A stretch of 64,000 nt of DNA from Clostridia bacterium (GTDB taxonomy: Bacteria; Bacillota; Clostridia; Oscillospirales; CAG-382), in the NCBI GenBank assembly GCA_017396825.1, contig JAFQKR010000086.1, forward strand, positions 8,930 through 72,929, given 5' to 3'. Positions within the stretch are counted from its first letter, which is position 1. Every line of letters begins with the position of its first letter. A model generated the notes under the pieces. That model saw nothing but the letters and a program-made list of their open reading frames with translations. It searched no databases and was not told the DNA's origin. Shown piece by piece: positions 40,358 to 48,973 of this stretch. The translations under genes were made by a program, and so were the position numbers.

Positions 40358-41521
40358 TCATCCCTGAACAAGACCGAGTATCAAACCACCTGCGATAACA
40401 GAAGCGATCTGACCGGAAACGTTAGCCGCGGTGGAATGCATAAGCAAGAAGTTCTGAGGGTCTTCCTTAAGGCCCATCTTGTGAATAACACGAGAGGACA
40501 TAGGGAAGGCAGAGATGCCGGCAGCACCAACCATGGGGTTAACCTTTTTCTTGGAGAACAGGTTCATAACCTTTGCAAGCATAACGCCGCCAACGGTGTC
40601 AAATACGAAAGCAAAGAGGCCGAGACCCATTATCAAAAGGGTAGCGGGCTTAAGGAAATCCTCGCCTTTCATGGTGAAGGCGATGGTTATACCGAGGAAC
40701 AAGGTAACGAGGTTAGCAAGCTCCTTCTGTGCGGTCTGGGAAAGATTGTCAAGCACACCGCACTCTCTTATAAGGTTACCGAACATAAGGAAACCAACGA
40801 GAGCAACGGAGGCAGGAGCAAAGAGACCTGCAAGAACTGTTATAATGATGGGGAAAAGTATACGGGTAGTCTTGGAAACAGCCGCGGGTTTGTATTCCAT
40901 TCTTATCATACGCTCTTTCTTGGTGGTGATAAGACGGATAACGGGAGGCTGAATGATAGGCACGAGAGCCATGTAGGAGTATGCCGCAACAGTGATGGCG
41001 CCAATATAGTTGGAGTTAAGCGCACGGGAAACAACGATGGCGGTAGGGCCGTCGGCCGCACCGATTATACCGATAGAGGCAGCATCCTTTATATCAAAGA
41101 AGAAAGAAGCAACAAAGTAGGTAAAGAATATACCAAACTGAGCAGCAGCACCGAAGAGAAGCATCTTAGGATTTGAAAGCAATGGACCGAAGTCGATCAT
41201 CGCACCTATACCGATAAACAGTATAAGAGGGAAAAGTTCGTTTGCGATGCCTGCGTTGTAAAGAGTCTCAAGCACCTCGGAAACGCCCTCAGCCTCTACA
41301 AGATTGCCGGCGGCATCTTGCTGAAGGGGAGTAGGCAGGTTCATAAGTATTGCGCCAAAGCCCATGGGGAGAAGCAGAGTGGGCTCCATATCTTTTTTTA
41401 TCGCGAGATAAATAAGAATAGCGCCGATAAGCCACATAACAGGCATCTGCCATTCTATCTCGCCAAAATAGCGAAACAGTATGTTTATACTATCCATACT
41501 AAACAGCGGCAAATTTTTCAT
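40358..41521 (-). CDS. Na+-translocating decarboxylase beta subunit (OadB/GcdB/MmdB family)
   Basis: 387 aa. The N-terminus ...WLIGAILIYLAIKKDMEPTLLLPMGFGAILMNLP matches the OadB consensus. Carboxyltransferase and biotin-carrier partners are absent from the window. Confidence 0.8.
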   Translation of the reverse strand: MKNLPLFSMDSINILFRYFGEIEWQMPVMWLIGAILIYLAIKKDMEPTLLLPMGFGAILMNLPTPLQQDAAGNLVEAEGVSEVLETLYNAGIANELFPLILFIGIGAMIDFGPLLSNPKMLLFGAAAQFGIFFTYFVASFFFDIKDAASIGIIGAADGPTAIVVSRALNSNYIGAITVAAYSYMALVPIIQPPVIRLITTKKERMIRMEYKPAAVSKTTRILFPIIITVLAGLFAPASVALVGFLMFGNLIRECGVLDNLSQTAQKELANLVTLFLGITIAFTMKGEDFLKPATLLIMGLGLFAFVFDTVGGVMLAKVMNLFSKKKVNPMVGAAGISAFPMSSRVIHKMGLKEDPQNFLLMHSTAANVSGQIASVIAGGLILGLVQG

Positions 41522-41602
41522 GCCGCATCCTCCTATTATATTTCTCTCAATTTTACCCTATTTTACTTCTTTTGTCAACAAATAATTACCACGTTAAAAA
41601 AA

Positions 41603-42274
41603 TTAACCGTCTCTTAGCAGGCTTTTATCAATTATTCGAAAACTGCTTTTATAATACTCTATAAGCCCATCGTTTTTCATTTTGGAAAGCTCTCTGGAGA
41701 GGGCGCTTCTGTCTACGTTAAGGTATCTAGCCAACCCCTCGCGGTCAAAGGGTACTTCAAAGATGGCGGTACCGGTTTTGCCATGCATAAGAGTCAAATA
41801 CTTTACTATCTTGCCGCGTATAGTGGGAGAAGAAATGCAAATGAGCCTGTCCATCAGCAAAAAGTATTTTTCTGCGTATATTGCTACAAGGTTGCTTAGG
41901 ATTATTCGTTTTTCCTCGTCAAAGCCCGTATCCCTTGCAAACAATCCACCAAAGGGAATAAGCATAACGCGACATCTGTCTCCTGCGATAATGGAAACGG
42001 GGCTTTGTGCCGTATCATCTGCCGCCAAAAAATCAGCAAACACCTCGCCCCTCCCCAAGGCGGATATGAGGGTGCCGTTGCCGTTTGCACTAAAACGTAT
42101 GGCTTCGATTGAGCCTTCAGTAACCACGCCCAGCTTATCTGTGTTGTCCCCTTGGTTTATTATTACCTCGCCCTTGCCAAAACTTCGTTCAAATGCTCCC
42201 AGAACGCTTCGTAATCCGGACAGCGCCTTTTCATCTATCCCCGCAAACAATTTGCACTCCCTGCAGTCTTTCAT
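41603..42274 (-). CDS. Crp/Fnr-family transcriptional regulator
   Basis: cNMP-binding beta-roll plus a C-terminal HTH (...RSALSRELSKMKNDGLI...). Confidence 0.75.
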   Translation of the reverse strand: MKDCRECKLFAGIDEKALSGLRSVLGAFERSFGKGEVIINQGDNTDKLGVVTEGSIEAIRFSANGNGTLISALGRGEVFADFLAADDTAQSPVSIIAGDRCRVMLIPFGGLFARDTGFDEEKRIILSNLVAIYAEKYFLLMDRLICISSPTIRGKIVKYLTLMHGKTGTAIFEVPFDREGLARYLNVDRSALSRELSKMKNDGLIEYYKSSFRIIDKSLLRDG

Positions 42275-42849
42275 TGTTTATCCTCCTTTTTGTATTTAGG
42301 GTTAAACTCTATAAATACAAAATAGGGTGATGTTGGGGCGTTAAGCACGTTAAAACGGTAAGCGGAAAGCTCTCTTTGGTCGCGTTTCGCAAGCATTTCA
42401 CAAATAAGCTGTCCTTCTATGCACCCTTCCTCGTGGCCGGGATAAATGGCAATAAGCAAGCATCCACCCGGCTTGACGGCATTTATTGCGGCTTCAATGG
42501 CCGGGAGCGTGGTCTCTCTGAGTGTGGTAACTCGTTTATCTCCGCCCGGAAGAAAACCAAGATTGAATATTCCCGCATCGATAGGCTCTTTAATGTACTC
42601 GGCCAAACGGTGGTGGCTATCATGTATAAGGGTGCATTGCTCAATGCATCCCTTCTCGGCAAGTAGTTTTTCGGTGTTTTTAAGGGCATCCTCTTGAATA
42701 TCAAAGGCATATACCCTTCCATAAGTGCCAACACGCTGTGCAAGCCATAAGGTATCGTTTCCGTTACCCATAGTAAAGTCTGCCACAACGTTGCCATTAC
42801 CTATGTGCTCTGCCAAAAGGTCTTTTTCTATAACACGCAAACTAAGCAT
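42271..42849 (-). CDS. Class I SAM-dependent methyltransferase (putative rRNA/tRNA methylase, YtqB/MnmM-like)
   Basis: 192 aa. Motif I ...VADFTMGNGNDTLWLAQ..., about the same size as B. subtilis YtqB. Confidence 0.5.
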   Translation of the reverse strand: MLSLRVIEKDLLAEHIGNGNVVADFTMGNGNDTLWLAQRVGTYGRVYAFDIQEDALKNTEKLLAEKGCIEQCTLIHDSHHRLAEYIKEPIDAGIFNLGFLPGGDKRVTTLRETTLPAIEAAINAVKPGGCLLIAIYPGHEEGCIEGQLICEMLAKRDQRELSAYRFNVLNAPTSPYFVFIEFNPKYKKEDKQ

Positions 42850-42916
42850 ATATTCTCCTCCGGCGAAGAAGAAAGGGGCTTTAAAGCCCCTTTCTGTGTG
42901 TTTTAACTACAAATCT

Positions 42917-45319
42917 TTAAAGTTCGTCAATAAGACCTGCGTCGTACTTAAGTATCTTGGTAGCGTCAAGGTTGTCAACAACGTCGTCGCCGTTAACGTC
43001 AGCATTTGCGGGAGTATCGGAAATGAGACCTGCATCATACTTAAGGATAACAACTGCGTCAAGGTTGTCGATAGTGTCGTCGCCGTTTACGTCGCCGAGA
43101 GTACCTTCGGGAGGATTGGGTTCGTCGCCACCGTCAACGGTCTTACCGAGAACCTCGATTTCGGTAATAGCTATAACGTATGCCTTGGAGTTGTAGTCAA
43201 CCTTGAAGTAACGTGCCTTTACTTCGTCGAAAGCACCGAGGTGGGTTTCGAGAGAGGTATCCTTCTCACCGCCGGGGGTGGAGAAGTAGATAGTATCTGT
43301 AAAGTTAGAAACCTCGGTAAAGGTTACGCCATCATTGGAATAGGAAACAGTAAAGGAACCATCAACGATGCCCTGGAAGCTGGTACCGTGTGCAGATGCA
43401 TCGCGAATAATAACGTTGGAGATTACTTCAGCCTTGCCAAGGTCGATGGTAATTTCAGCCTTGCCGCCTGTACCCTGGAAACCTACGAAGTTCTTGGGAT
43501 TGCTAGAGAAGCCACCGGTAGCTATAACGCCGTTGGTTAACTTATTAAGGCTGGGGTCGTCAGAAATACCGTAGTAGGAAATGTCGGTGGAAGAGCCCTT
43601 CCAAACCTCGGTGTAGGTCTTGTTGAGAGCATAGTTGGTAAGGTGGGAAACATCAAGCTCGCCCATGTCTTCATAGTTAGCTCTGATTTCGGTGTCCTTA
43701 TTGCTCATGGTTATAGTGGTAACGGAAGCAGTTGCGTCAGTAATAGTAGCTTCGCCGTTTACGATGGTCCACTTGGTAAATGCCTTACCGGGCATGTTTC
43801 TTGCGGAGATGGTAACAACCTCGCCTGCCTTGTATCTGCCGGAACCTGTGCCGGATTCAACAGAAAGGTCATAGGTGTCACGGTAGCTTGCCTGAAGTTC
43901 AACGTCACATGCAAGCATTGTGATAGTGGTGGTAGTAGCATTTTTGTCAGCGATGGAAGCGGAACCGTTTGTAACTTCCCAAATGTCAAAGAGGAATTCG
44001 CCTTCGGGAGCGTTAGCGGTAACCTCAAAGGTTTCGCCTGCTGCATAGTACTTGCTTTCGGAACCGAAGGTGGAGGAATTCTTAACGGTAACCTTGTAAA
44101 CCTTGGTAAGGGTAGAAATGTCAGCAGTGCCGCCTGCATAGGTAGCAGTGGTGCCGTTAATAGCGGTTACGTCAACGATATCGCCGCTTTGTGTTCTGTA
44201 TGCGCCAAGGTCGTAACCTGCGCCCTTGTAAGTAAGGGTAGCGAGAGATACCCAACCCTGAGTGCCGTCGGAAAGGGTTACCTTACCCCAGTTCCAAGAG
44301 GTTTGCTTAACGTTAACGGTTTCGCCGGAAGCAATGGTGCCAACCTTTTCGGTGGTGGTGTTACCGGCACGGTAAACGTTAACGGACTGAGTAGCGGTAT
44401 AAGCGCCCTTGGAGTAAACGGTCTTGTTGGGGTTGTAGTATACGTTCTTTATAGAAGTATCAGCGGAAGTGTAGGTGCCGCCCATAGCTTTGTAGTAGTC
44501 GTACATTCTGTCAAGCATTACCTTGAAGTAAGTGCCGTAGAATGTAAAGGTCTTACCGCCGGAGCCGAATACGTAACGCATCTGGATAGGGCAGTTCTTA
44601 GCAGCGGTAGAGTAGTGCTGAACAACCTGAGTGTAGGGGTTGAAGTTGAGGCTTACACAGATGTAAGCAACAAGTTCTGCAAGGTAGGTAGCAGTGCTGT
44701 CGAAGGTGTTTTCATACCATTCGTACATTTCATCAGAGTCCCAAAGTTCGCCTGCGGAGGTCTGTTCTGCAGGGAAGCCGGGGGTAGCGGTTTCAATACC
44801 GATACCGGTGGAGTTGGAAGCGTCGGAAACCCAACCCATTTCAATCTTAGTAGCGGCGTCGCTGGTGCCCCAGTAGTTGCCGCCTGCGTGCCAACCCTTT
44901 TCGTTAACGGGTATCATCTGGAAGATACCGTCGTTACCGCAGGTGTAGTGCCAAGAAACCTCAACGTCGGTATTCTTACCGTAGTTGTGGTTAGCAAGAG
45001 CGGTGGAAGCAGCAGGATAAGCGCCGGTGTTGTGAACAACTATGTACTTCTGATAGTTGTAAGTACCACGGCCCTTCTTACCTTCTGCAAGGAAGTCGGT
45101 GGTAACCTTCTGTTCCCATCTGGTACCTTCTGCAAGGTAGAATTCTTCGTTGTTGGTGATAAGGTCATTATCAGGCAACAAGATGGATTCGGGGATCAGA
45201 ATTTCGGGTGCTACAAACTCAGCGTCTGTGATAACTTTAGCAGAAGCAGGGAATGCAACAACAGCGGATGCAATGATGAAAGTAAGTGCAAGCAAAATGC
45301 AGGCAAGTTTTCTCTTCAT
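42917..45319 (-). CDS. Secreted multidomain N-acetylmuramoyl-L-alanine amidase (PGRP/Amidase_2) with SH3b-like, InlB-B-repeat-like and F5/8-type-C domains and a C-terminal dockerin
   Basis: Signal peptide. Amidase_2 core YIVVHNTG...SWHYTCGNDGIFQMIPVNEKGWHAGG. C-terminal dockerin pair DVNGDDTIDNLDAVVILKYDAGLI / DVNGDDVVDNLDATKILKYDAGLI. Confidence 0.75.
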   Translation of the reverse strand: MKRKLACILLALTFIIASAVVAFPASAKVITDAEFVAPEILIPESILLPDNDLITNNEEFYLAEGTRWEQKVTTDFLAEGKKGRGTYNYQKYIVVHNTGAYPAASTALANHNYGKNTDVEVSWHYTCGNDGIFQMIPVNEKGWHAGGNYWGTSDAATKIEMGWVSDASNSTGIGIETATPGFPAEQTSAGELWDSDEMYEWYENTFDSTATYLAELVAYICVSLNFNPYTQVVQHYSTAAKNCPIQMRYVFGSGGKTFTFYGTYFKVMLDRMYDYYKAMGGTYTSADTSIKNVYYNPNKTVYSKGAYTATQSVNVYRAGNTTTEKVGTIASGETVNVKQTSWNWGKVTLSDGTQGWVSLATLTYKGAGYDLGAYRTQSGDIVDVTAINGTTATYAGGTADISTLTKVYKVTVKNSSTFGSESKYYAAGETFEVTANAPEGEFLFDIWEVTNGSASIADKNATTTTITMLACDVELQASYRDTYDLSVESGTGSGRYKAGEVVTISARNMPGKAFTKWTIVNGEATITDATASVTTITMSNKDTEIRANYEDMGELDVSHLTNYALNKTYTEVWKGSSTDISYYGISDDPSLNKLTNGVIATGGFSSNPKNFVGFQGTGGKAEITIDLGKAEVISNVIIRDASAHGTSFQGIVDGSFTVSYSNDGVTFTEVSNFTDTIYFSTPGGEKDTSLETHLGAFDEVKARYFKVDYNSKAYVIAITEIEVLGKTVDGGDEPNPPEGTLGDVNGDDTIDNLDAVVILKYDAGLISDTPANADVNGDDVVDNLDATKILKYDAGLIDEL

Positions 45320-45379
45320 GCGTTCTTCTCCTTGTAAATGTTAGTATTTGCGGCGTTTTGTGCCGCGTCTTACACTAGC

Positions 45380-45408
45380 ATTTTATAACAAAAACGGAGC
45401 ATTGTCAA
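45380..45408 (-). promoter_or_regulatory. Promoter of the dockerin-amidase gene
   Basis: Minus strand: TTGACA, 17 nt, TAAAAT. Confidence 0.5.
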
Positions 45409-45530
45409 CCTTTATTTTATATAAAAAACAATAAAATTATTGTTAATTCAGGTGAGTCCGTGCGGTGTGTTTTCGGATAACCAACGTTTGGTGTTTTTTT
45501 TTATTTTGCACGTTAAACGTCATAATTTAG

Positions 45531-45559
45531 TTGACAAAATCACCTTAAAAGTGTATAAT
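45531..45559 (+). promoter_or_regulatory. Consensus promoter of the zinc-ribbon membrane protein gene
   Basis: TTGACA, 17 nt, TATAAT. Confidence 0.6.
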
Positions 45560-45591
45560 AACTTATAAATACATATTAAGGAGGAACTCGT

Positions 45592-46263
45592 ATGTTCTGT
45601 GTAAAATGCGGCAAACAATTGGCAGACGGCGAAGCCTGCACCTGCCAGCAACAGCCTCAGTTTAATCAGCCCCAGTATAACAATCAACCTCAGTTTAATG
45701 CTCCCCCTCAGTTCACCCAACAGCCTCCCAAGCAAAACTCTGGTGACTCGATTTTTAAGTTTAACAAGCTTACCCTTGTTAAGATAATTACTCTTGGCAT
45801 TGCGGGCGTTACTTTCCTTTCCCATCTGTTCTTTAATTGGTACAGATATAGTGCCATTATTGTTTCCGGCGGCTTCGGGCCCTACGGCGGTCCCTCTTTA
45901 TACGGGGTATCTGCTCCTCTTGGCGAAGTTAGCGGTATGTTCAGTTTTGCAAGGCTTCTGTTGATACTTAACGTTTTTGTATTCCTTGCTTATATAGCTT
46001 GGGAACTTATTGACATTAAGAAGTTCGTTCCCGCTCTCGGCAATCTTAAATTTGACCTTGGAAAACTTCTTTCTCTTATCTTTTATGGTCTTATGGCAAC
46101 GGCGTTATTCTTTGGTCTTATAGGCACGTTCACCGCCGAGGAAGGCTACGGCGTGAGCGTTGGCATCGGCTTCGGTTGGATATTTACTTTCCTTAACGCA
46201 GGCGCAGGTATTGTAAACTTCTTTATGCCTGACTTGCTTAAAAAGATTCTTAAACAGCAATAA
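45592..46263 (+). CDS. Zinc-ribbon / Gln-Pro-rich / polytopic membrane protein
   Basis: N-terminal CVKCGKQ...CTC zinc ribbon, QPQF low-complexity linker, then about 4 TM helices. Confidence 0.5.
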   Translation: MFCVKCGKQLADGEACTCQQQPQFNQPQYNNQPQFNAPPQFTQQPPKQNSGDSIFKFNKLTLVKIITLGIAGVTFLSHLFFNWYRYSAIIVSGGFGPYGGPSLYGVSAPLGEVSGMFSFARLLLILNVFVFLAYIAWELIDIKKFVPALGNLKFDLGKLLSLIFYGLMATALFFGLIGTFTAEEGYGVSVGIGFGWIFTFLNAGAGIVNFFMPDLLKKILKQQ

Positions 46264-46323
46264 AAGCAAAAACTTAAAAGCGGGCTTATAGCTCGCTTTT
46301 TAAGTTTAAAAGAGAGGCAAAGT

Positions 46324-47100
46324 ATGAAAATTACTGTTCTAACGGAAAACATTTCACATTTTGAGGATTTAAAAGCCGAACATGGGCTGTCCTTGTATAT
46401 AGAAACGAATAATAAAAAAATTCTTTTCGATATGGGGCAAACGGAGCTGTTTGCCGAAAACGCCGAAAAACTTGGTATAGACCTTTCCTCCGTGGATATT
46501 GCTGTGCTTTCCCATGGCCATTACGACCACGGAGGCGGTATGAAGCACTTTTTATGTGTTAACAAAGAAGCCCCGGTTTATATAAACCGCCACGCTTTTG
46601 GCGATTATTATAACGGAGCCGAAAAATATATAGGGCTTGATAAATCTTTGCAAGAAAGTGATAGGCTTTGTTATACAGATGGATTTTTTCGTATATCCGA
46701 AGGGCTTATTTTGTATGCGTGCAACGATATCACCAAGGAATATGATTTAGGCAGCTTTGGCTTGAACGAAAAGAAAAACGGGGTCTTTTTACCCGACTCA
46801 TTTCTTCACGAGCAATATCTTCTTATAGAGGAAGAGGGCAAGCGTGTGCTTATTAGCGGCTGCTCTCATAAGGGTGTGCTTAATATCGTCAAGTGGTTTT
46901 ACCCGGATGTTCTTGTAGGAGGCTTTCATTTTTCAAAATTACCTATCGGTGAAACCCTTAAGGGTTACGCTGAGTATTTGGGCGGTTTTGATACAGACTA
47001 TTACACTTGCCACTGTACCGGAGTTGAGCAGTACGAGTTTATGAAGGATTATATTAAAACCCTTGATTATATTTCTGTCGGAAAAACCCTAATTATATAG
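46324..47100 (+). CDS. MBL-fold metallo-hydrolase
   Basis: HGHYDHGGG metal-binding motif. Confidence 0.8.
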   Translation: MKITVLTENISHFEDLKAEHGLSLYIETNNKKILFDMGQTELFAENAEKLGIDLSSVDIAVLSHGHYDHGGGMKHFLCVNKEAPVYINRHAFGDYYNGAEKYIGLDKSLQESDRLCYTDGFFRISEGLILYACNDITKEYDLGSFGLNEKKNGVFLPDSFLHEQYLLIEEEGKRVLISGCSHKGVLNIVKWFYPDVLVGGFHFSKLPIGETLKGYAEYLGGFDTDYYTCHCTGVEQYEFMKDYIKTLDYISVGKTLII

Positions 47101-47308
47101 GGGCTGTAAAAAACTGTCGGAACGTACATATATCCACCCGTTAGGCGTACTTACGTACGTCGTGGGTGGATTTTGTTCGTGGTAAAAAAGATATTATAAA
47201 TAAAAAATTGTTTTTCAAGTTTTTTACCTTATTTAGAGTCTTTGAAGGCATCAAAAAACACTGTGTTTCGTGCTTTTTTCTTTTTGCGCTCCGGGCTTTT
47301 TATATCCC

Positions 47309-48112
47309 CTATCCTAAAAAGTCTTTTCTGTAAGACACACCAATATGGTCAGCAAGGCTTATCAGATTTTCGTCGCTTATGCAATTTTTATGGGGAAGGG
47401 AGGAGGTCAGCATGTATATCTGAGCCGCCTTTTCCACCGTGTCGATAAGGCCTACTGCTTCGTTCAAAGTTCTGCCTGCGGCGTATATTCCGTGCATAGC
47501 CCATACCACTATTCGGTACTGCTTCATCTTTTCCGCAGTGGCCCTTCCTATGTCTTCAGTACCGCAAACCATCCAGGGCAATATACCAACTCCGTCGGGA
47601 AACACCATTATCCCCTCGGTACACGTCCCCCAAAGGGTACGTGTAAAGGCTTTTTCATCGAGCTCGTGCAAAAAACTCATTGCCATAAGATTTGTAGGGT
47701 GGCAGTGAGTGATAACGCGGTTTTCGGGATCCACCTTCAGCCTTTCTATGTGGCTCATAAGGTGGGCGGGAAGCTCGCTGGTGAACCTTTTACCGCCTTC
47801 AAAGCCCCATATAACCTCCGCAGTCTTGCCGTCTGCGCTTATGCGAATGATGCCCAGATCATCAAAGCTATGATTGCTAAAATAAGAGCCGGAGGCTGTA
47901 ACTATAAGCAGTCTTTCCGCTAAAGGGGATGCATCAAATCCTATTGGGATAGTGCGTATAATTTTACTTGTGTCAATATATTCTCTCGCTTCTTCTTCAG
48001 CAACAAGACAGCTAATGTTTCCGCTGTTGCGTTCACACCAACCCTTGCTGTCCATTCTTCTTTCTGCGTTGATCATACCCAAAGCAAAGGGTGCAGAATA
48101 TATATCTTTCAT
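47309..48112 (-). CDS. rhaD: Rhamnulose-1-phosphate aldolase (class II aldolase/adducin family)
   Basis: Extensive collinear similarity to E. coli RhaD (KGWCERNSGN..., FTSELPAHLMSHIERLK, ITHCHPTNLMA, VFPDGVGILPWMV, GLIDTVEKAAQ). ATG 48112 after AAAGGA. Confidence 0.8.
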   Translation of the reverse strand: MKDIYSAPFALGMINAERRMDSKGWCERNSGNISCLVAEEEAREYIDTSKIIRTIPIGFDASPLAERLLIVTASGSYFSNHSFDDLGIIRISADGKTAEVIWGFEGGKRFTSELPAHLMSHIERLKVDPENRVITHCHPTNLMAMSFLHELDEKAFTRTLWGTCTEGIMVFPDGVGILPWMVCGTEDIGRATAEKMKQYRIVVWAMHGIYAAGRTLNEAVGLIDTVEKAAQIYMLTSSLPHKNCISDENLISLADHIGVSYRKDFLG

Positions 48113-48329
48113 AATGTTTGGTCCTTTCAAAAAAGCTCTCATGCTTATTATACATATAAATTTCCGGATTTCAACCTAAATATCAAAACTTTACCATAAC
48201 GACTGCGAGCAGCGAGGTTCGTTCATAGCAAAAAACAAGGAAATAAAAAAGAAAAGCGGCAAACGCCACTTTTCAACCATAGATATTCAATAATAATGTT
48301 TTTTGCGCTCGAGGCTGTTTTTATATTAA

Positions 48330-48959
48330 TCAAGAGTTTTTCATGATAACGCTTTCTATAATATCTGCAGCGTCCTCGCAGTAATCAAGGCATGCCTCAA
48401 GGTCGTCGTATATCTTAAGCCAAGTTATAAGCTTAAGCGTATCCTTTTCATTGCAGAAAAGCTCGTGAACAAGCTCTGTATAAAGGTGGTCGCCGTCGCT
48501 TTCAAGGGTGTTAACCTCAACAAGTTTTTCCTTGATGGTCTTGGAGCTTTTAAAGTTTCTGAATTCATCCACTGCGCCCTTTAGAGCGCCTGCACATTTT
48601 GCGATAAGCGCACTGAACTTCAAAGCGCCGTCACGGATCTCGGAAGCATCGTACATATAAATACGGCGCATAGCATCATCAAGTGCGTCTACTATGTCGT
48701 CAAGCTTTGTAGCAAGCTCTATGATATCCTCACGTTCAATAGGGGGAAGAAATTCGTGCATAAGCTGCTTTGTCATAACGTGTTTGCTCATGTCGGCACG
48801 GTTTTCTATTTCATGCATACCGTCAACCTGAGCTACAAAGCCGGTCTTGTTAAAGGTTTTAAGCGCGTTATCCAAATATTCTGCAGCTTCGCAGATTATC
48901 TCGGTGGTGCTGAAAAAATAGTCAAAATAGTTAAAATCCTTTTTCTTTTCTCTTGCCAT
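48330..48959 (-). CDS. DUF47 family protein (PhoU-like phosphate transport regulator)
   Basis: 209 aa, YkaA-like, immediately downstream of pit. Confidence 0.75.
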   Translation of the reverse strand: MAREKKKDFNYFDYFFSTTEIICEAAEYLDNALKTFNKTGFVAQVDGMHEIENRADMSKHVMTKQLMHEFLPPIEREDIIELATKLDDIVDALDDAMRRIYMYDASEIRDGALKFSALIAKCAGALKGAVDEFRNFKSSKTIKEKLVEVNTLESDGDHLYTELVHELFCNEKDTLKLITWLKIYDDLEACLDYCEDAADIIESVIMKNS

Positions 48960-48973
48960 TTTATCCTCCTGTT

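Noticed and set aside
42725-45337. Plus-strand ORFs 42725..43540 and 43643..45337 (564 aa)
   Set aside because: Shadow frames of the dockerin-amidase gene. Gly/Val/Ser-rich composition typical of antisense frames, with no domains.
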